Shown: piece by piece, positions 59,783-64,000 of the stretch
Position numbering within the stretch: the stretch's first letter is position 1
How the letters are laid out: each line of letters opens with the position of its first letter
DNA from: an uncultured Desulfatitalea sp.
GTDB lineage: Bacteria; Desulfobacterota; Desulfobacteria; Desulfobacterales; Desulfosarcinaceae
Assembly (NCBI GenBank): GCA_963668675.2
Contig: CAXXMB010000002.1
Span: 992,001-1,056,000 of the forward strand
Length of the DNA: 64,000 bases
Direction of reading: 5' to 3'
Notes under the pieces: generated by a model
The model's input: the letters and a program-made list of their open reading frames with translations, nothing else
What the model was told of the DNA's origin: nothing
The model's database searches: none
Position numbers and translations under genes: made by a program

Positions 59783-60514
59783 ATGATCAATCGCATCGTC
59801 GCCATTCTGTTTCTCGCCTTTATGGGGATCTCCTCAGCCCTCTTTTTCATCATCGCCGTGATGATCCGGCTCTGCACCGCCCCCTTCGACCGCCGCCTGA
59901 CCTGGCTGCACCAGTTCACCTCATTCTGGGCCTGCCTCTACCTGTGGGCCATGCCCGCCTGGTCGGTTACCGCCTCCGGACGCAAGAAAATCCATCGCGG
60001 CGCCACCTATGTGGTTGTCTCAAACCACCAGTCCGGCCTCGACATTCTGGTGGCCTTCCGCCTCTTCTTTCACTTCAAATGGGTCTCCAAAATCGAAATG
60101 TTCCGCGTCCCCTTCATCGGCTGGAACATGCGGCTCAACCGCTACATCAAAATCATTCGGGGAGAGGAGGAGAGCCGACGGCTGATGATGGCCGACTGCG
60201 AGCGCACCCTCTCCGAAGGATCCTCAGTCTACTTCTTCCCCGAAGGAACGCGCTCCAGGACCGGGCAACTGAAACCGTTCAAGCCCGGTGCCTTCATCCT
60301 GGCCCATAAGATGAAACTGCCCATCCTCGCCATTGCCATCAACGGCACCAAAGACGCTCTCCCCAAAGCCAGCTTGAATTTTCACGGCCGCCACCGCTTC
60401 CGCATCGAAGTGATCGGGGAGATCCCTTACGACACCTTCGCCAACCTGAGCGTGGCGGAGACCGCCGAAATGGTTCGTGCCCGCATTGCCGAGCATGTGG
60501 ACGACCACCATTAG
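59783..60514 (+). CDS. plsC: 1-acyl-sn-glycerol-3-phosphate acyltransferase
   Basis: SNHQSGLD, FFPEGTRS. Confidence 0.88.
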   Translation: MINRIVAILFLAFMGISSALFFIIAVMIRLCTAPFDRRLTWLHQFTSFWACLYLWAMPAWSVTASGRKKIHRGATYVVVSNHQSGLDILVAFRLFFHFKWVSKIEMFRVPFIGWNMRLNRYIKIIRGEEESRRLMMADCERTLSEGSSVYFFPEGTRSRTGQLKPFKPGAFILAHKMKLPILAIAINGTKDALPKASLNFHGRHRFRIEVIGEIPYDTFANLSVAETAEMVRARIAEHVDDHH

Positions 60515-60678
60515 CCCATCAGGATCGAACAACGCCCTCTTTTTGCGCCGCTTTTTTGACAGCCTGCCCCTGCCGGCGTCAAAACCAAAGCGTTTCAGCC
60601 ACCTTTCCCATGCTCATCTCCGCCTTTAATATACTTTTAATATTTTGTTATAATTGGATATTTAAAATTTCAATGTTG

Positions 60679-60694
60679 AGGCACGCAATTTGCT
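60679..60694 (+). promoter_or_regulatory. Putative sigma54 promoter
   Basis: AGGCAC-GCAAT-TTGCT, exact -24/-12 spacing, after an AT-rich tract. Confidence 0.65.
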
Positions 60695-60815
60695 AATCTT
60701 TTTACAGCCTTCATAGGTGCCGTATATCCGGTCCGCAAAAGACCCACATGGCCGATCGGATCGGCTACCGGTGAAGATCATTAAAAGATGGACTGACGAA
60801 AAGGACGGCATTCGA

Positions 60816-61880
60816 ATGGTGTGGAGTCTTGTCGAACCGCAAGCAAATGCAACGCAAACCAGCCCCGAACGCATTTACACGGATTTTTTCAATCTGTGCG
60901 GGATTCCTTTTTCCATCACGCCCGACCCGGAATTCCTCTACCTCTCCGATACACATCAAAGCGTTTTTGAAAAACTCCAATACGGCATACGCGGCCGGAT
61001 GGGGTTCATGGTGCTCACCGGCGAGGTGGGCACCGGCAAAACGACCTTGTGCCGCGCTCTCCTCGACCGGCTTCAGGGGCAGGCCCGGACGGTCTACGTC
61101 ATCAACCCCTCCCTGAGCGGCAAGGAGTTGATCGCCGCCATCCTCGACGATCTGGGCACCTGCTGCAATGCAACGGATTCGAAGAAGGGGCTGATCGACC
61201 GCCTCAACCGCTTTCTGCTCAACGAGGGCCTCGGCCAACCGGTGGTGATCATCATCGATGACGCGCAGACCATGCCGATGGAGACCCTTGAGGATCTGCG
61301 CCTGCTCTCCAACCTGGAGACCGACAAGAGCAAACTGCTGCAGATCCTGCTCGTCGGGCAGCCCGAACTGCTGGAGTTGATCGACCGTCGGGAACTGCGC
61401 CAGCTCAAACAGCGCATCTCCATCCACAGCCATCTGGGCTTCCTCTCCCGGGAGGAGGTGAGCGGTTATATCGAACGCCGCCTCGCCGTGGCCGGCAACA
61501 AGGGGCAGGTCCGTTTCAGCCCGAAGGCCGTACAACGAATCCATCGTGTATCCAAAGGCACCCCTCGAATGATCAACAAGCTCTGCGACCTCGCGTTGAC
61601 CGCAGCCTATGCGGCCGACTGCGCCATGGTAGAAGCAAGTCATATCTCTGTTGCCGAAAAAGAGCTGATCGGGACTACCTCGTGGAAAGCCAAAAACGGA
61701 AGCAACGATACGGCGCCCCGTATTCCGTTTCGGAAAGCCTCCTGGCTTCTTGGCGGACTGTTGCTGCTGGCAGTGGCAATGGGATATTGGACCCACTATC
61801 ACAATGAAACAGTGCCATCTGAAAATCGACCTGAAGCCATATCCCCAACAATGGAGAATCGCCTTGAGCCTGCTGAATGA
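60816..61880 (+). CDS. ExeA/GspA-like AAA ATPase
   Basis: PFSITPDPEFLY, GEVGTGKTT, IIDDAQ, LLSNLET, LVGQPEL, GTPRMIN, C-terminal TM. Confidence 0.9.
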   Translation: MVWSLVEPQANATQTSPERIYTDFFNLCGIPFSITPDPEFLYLSDTHQSVFEKLQYGIRGRMGFMVLTGEVGTGKTTLCRALLDRLQGQARTVYVINPSLSGKELIAAILDDLGTCCNATDSKKGLIDRLNRFLLNEGLGQPVVIIIDDAQTMPMETLEDLRLLSNLETDKSKLLQILLVGQPELLELIDRRELRQLKQRISIHSHLGFLSREEVSGYIERRLAVAGNKGQVRFSPKAVQRIHRVSKGTPRMINKLCDLALTAAYAADCAMVEASHISVAEKELIGTTSWKAKNGSNDTAPRIPFRKASWLLGGLLLLAVAMGYWTHYHNETVPSENRPEAISPTMENRLEPAE

Positions 61881-63066
61881 TGCCCTGCGCAAACGCAGGG
61901 CCGAAGATAGGCCAGATGGCCATCATACCGCCAGAGCCGCTCTTGGTCCGGCCAAGCCACGGCGCTTCAAGCTGAACCGCAAACAGGCCATCCTTGGGGG
62001 AGTGACGATTGCGGCGGTCGCCTTTGCCGTCTGGTGCTGGTGGTGGCCCTTCGGTCGGGTCTCGTCTTCATTCTCTTCGGGGCCGGTCCAAACCGCCGCC
62101 TTGCATCCCGGGCCAAAAGAGGTACATGCTGTCGAACCATCGAATGATCCAAAGCCCCATGCCCAAACAGTCCAGATCGTCGAAAAGAAGACAAACTCCC
62201 GCCCACAGGCTGTTAAGCCTACCGCAGCGGTGAAGAGCGACAACGACCAACCGGCTGCTCCGGCACCCGACAAGACCAGGCCGGCCGCACCAACGACCGC
62301 TCCTGCAGAAACAGCAACAGTGAAGCCCCGGTATAGGGCAGCGATATCGGCCGCGACCAAGGAGGTCCAACCCCCTGCTTCGAAACCTGAAAAGACCGTG
62401 GCAACCATAGCGCCCGCCGCACCTCCTGTAGTGCCGCCGGCCCAACGCCGCCAGGTGTCGGCGACGCGCATTTACGAGAAGGCGCGCACCTACCATCGCC
62501 AGGGAAGAATACCCGAGGCCATTGCCATGTACCGCGAGGTGTTGAAAATCGATCCAAACCACTTCGATACCGGCTTCAATCTGACATCGGCCTATCTTCA
62601 GACCCGGGCCTTCAACAAAGCCGATGCCATGGCCTCCGACCTTTACCGAAAGAGACCGGACAATCCCCAGGTGGCCCTGAACCTGGCCATCGCCCGCATC
62701 GGCATCGGCCAGCCAAGAGAGGCCCTTGGCCTGCTGGAACGCATCTCCGCCCACTCCCAGGCACCGCTCTATGAGATCTACTTCCACAAAGGAGTGGCCT
62801 GCCGTAACATGGGAGAGCCGGCCCAGGCGGTGGCCTGGTATCAAAAAGCCGAACGACTCAAATCCGATGACCCGCGCCTGCTCTTCAACACGGCCGTGGC
62901 ACTGGACCAGAACCGGCAGTACGGTCCGGCGGCCAACTACTACCAAAAGTATTTGAAAAGCTCCGAAGAGGGAGATCCCGCAACTCGCAAAAAAGTGGCC
63001 CAGCGTATTCGCACCCTCCAGGCAGAGCTGGCTGCAACCCCCAACAAGGAAGAAAAGGTCCAATGA
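61864..63066 (+). CDS. Membrane-anchored TPR protein (ExeB/MshN-like)
   Basis: TTG start with GGAG RBS giving MSLLNDALRK, TM, Pro/Ala linker, multiple TPRs. Confidence 0.8.
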   Translation: MSLLNDALRKRRAEDRPDGHHTARAALGPAKPRRFKLNRKQAILGGVTIAAVAFAVWCWWWPFGRVSSSFSSGPVQTAALHPGPKEVHAVEPSNDPKPHAQTVQIVEKKTNSRPQAVKPTAAVKSDNDQPAAPAPDKTRPAAPTTAPAETATVKPRYRAAISAATKEVQPPASKPEKTVATIAPAAPPVVPPAQRRQVSATRIYEKARTYHRQGRIPEAIAMYREVLKIDPNHFDTGFNLTSAYLQTRAFNKADAMASDLYRKRPDNPQVALNLAIARIGIGQPREALGLLERISAHSQAPLYEIYFHKGVACRNMGEPAQAVAWYQKAERLKSDDPRLLFNTAVALDQNRQYGPAANYYQKYLKSSEEGDPATRKKVAQRIRTLQAELAATPNKEEKVQ

Positions 63067-64000
63067 AAAAGCGTATCGGCGATATCCTTATGGAGATGGG
63101 ATTTATCGACGGCGACCAGCTGAAGCTGGCCCTGATGGAGACCAAAAAAACCGGCAGCATGATCGGCGACGTGCTGCAACGCATGGGCTGGGTGACCGAA
63201 GAGGATCTGCAGATGGCCATAGCCGTGCAAAGCGGCGCCAAAATCCTCGATACAGAGGCGACGGAGATCGACCACAGCCTGATGGCCCGCATCCCCATCG
63301 AGTTTGTCAACGAGCACGGCATGTTCCCCTTTGCCCAGGACGATGGCGTATTGAAGACGGCCACCAACAACCCCTTCGATGTTATTGCCCGGGACAAGCT
63401 GGCCCGGCTGAGCGGCCAGCGCGTGGAGACCTTCATCGCACCCAAGAACTGGATCGCCAAAGCCATCGAAGTCTTCTACAAGACTGCCCAGACGCTCGAC
63501 GATGAAATCAACGCCATCACCTACTCCCAGGCCGGGGGCGATGCCACCGAAGACAACCGCATCATCAAGCTCTCCAGTCTGCTGATCGATAAGGGCTACG
63601 TTTTGGGCGCCAGCGACATCCACATCGTGCCCGACGCCAACCTGGTGCGGATCTACTACCGCATCGACGGCGTGCTGCACCAGATGTACCTGTTCGCCAA
63701 AAAATTCCAGCAGCCCCTGGTCACACGCTACAAGATCATGGCCGACATGGATATCTCCAACCCCAACATTCCCCACGACGGCCGCATCAAGTACGAAAGC
63801 GGCGTTGGTGGATTCGATATCCGCGTCTCCACCTTTCCGACCCAGTTGGGGGAAACGGTGGTCATGCGCCTGCTGATCTACAACAAGGTGGTGGGCGATC
63901 TGAAGAATCTGGGTTTCGAAGGAGAAGACCTGGATCGCTTCCACCAAAACATCCAGCGCCCCTACGGCCTGATTCTCACCACCGGGCCCACCGGCTCGGG
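63063..64000 (+). CDS. GspE/PilB/MshE-family secretion ATPase (3' partial)
   Basis: MKKRIGDILMEMG (MshEN-like), ASDIHIVP, RIDGVL, PHDGR, GETVVMRL, TGPTGSG at the window end. Confidence 0.92.
   Translation, partial: MKKRIGDILMEMGFIDGDQLKLALMETKKTGSMIGDVLQRMGWVTEEDLQMAIAVQSGAKILDTEATEIDHSLMARIPIEFVNEHGMFPFAQDDGVLKTATNNPFDVIARDKLARLSGQRVETFIAPKNWIAKAIEVFYKTAQTLDDEINAITYSQAGGDATEDNRIIKLSSLLIDKGYVLGASDIHIVPDANLVRIYYRIDGVLHQMYLFAKKFQQPLVTRYKIMADMDISNPNIPHDGRIKYESGVGGFDIRVSTFPTQLGETVVMRLLIYNKVVGDLKNLGFEGEDLDRFHQNIQRPYGLILTTGPTGS

Noticed and set aside
60715..60780. c-di-GMP-I riboswitch upstream of exeA
   Set aside because: Only a vague cgcaaa..ggctaccg resemblance; the first stem with the GAAA tetraloop is not visible.

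Overview
GC-rich bacterial chromosome segment; gene content (HdrA/Mvh, sigma54 activator, Sec codons) suggests a Desulfobacterota-type anaerobe (inference). Left to right: (1) housekeeping and transport genes (tandem-OmpA protein, UroD-family, thioesterase, Pst-like ABC transporter, HMG-CoA lyase); (2) a more AT-rich accessory zone (~10.4-16 kb) with a class C group II intron 3' remnant, an amidase frameshifted at a G10 tract, and an integrase-less integron cassette remnant with two attC sites around a MazEF-type toxin-antitoxin pair; (3) class III aminotransferase plus ALDH7, MFS, methyltransferase, cardiolipin synthase; (4) a sigma54-activator-preceded operon for a maturation protease, HTH-fused HdrA, MvhD, FrhB-like, MvhG and MvhA, where three in-frame TGA codons at conserved Cys positions, each followed by a hairpin, are selenocysteine (the ORF track splits or truncates these genes); (5) a partial T6SS cluster (tssEFGKLM, AMIN protein, vgrG, DUF2169-pentapeptide, pentapeptide, DUF3540, DUF4150) whose DUF2169 protein seems to carry an inactivated primase/Toprim-like insert; (6) hybrid kinase, methyltransferases, two covarying long palindromic elements, plsC and the start of an ExeA/TPR/GspE operon. 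No rRNA, tRNA or CRISPR array seen. All family calls come from motif recognition, not database searches.
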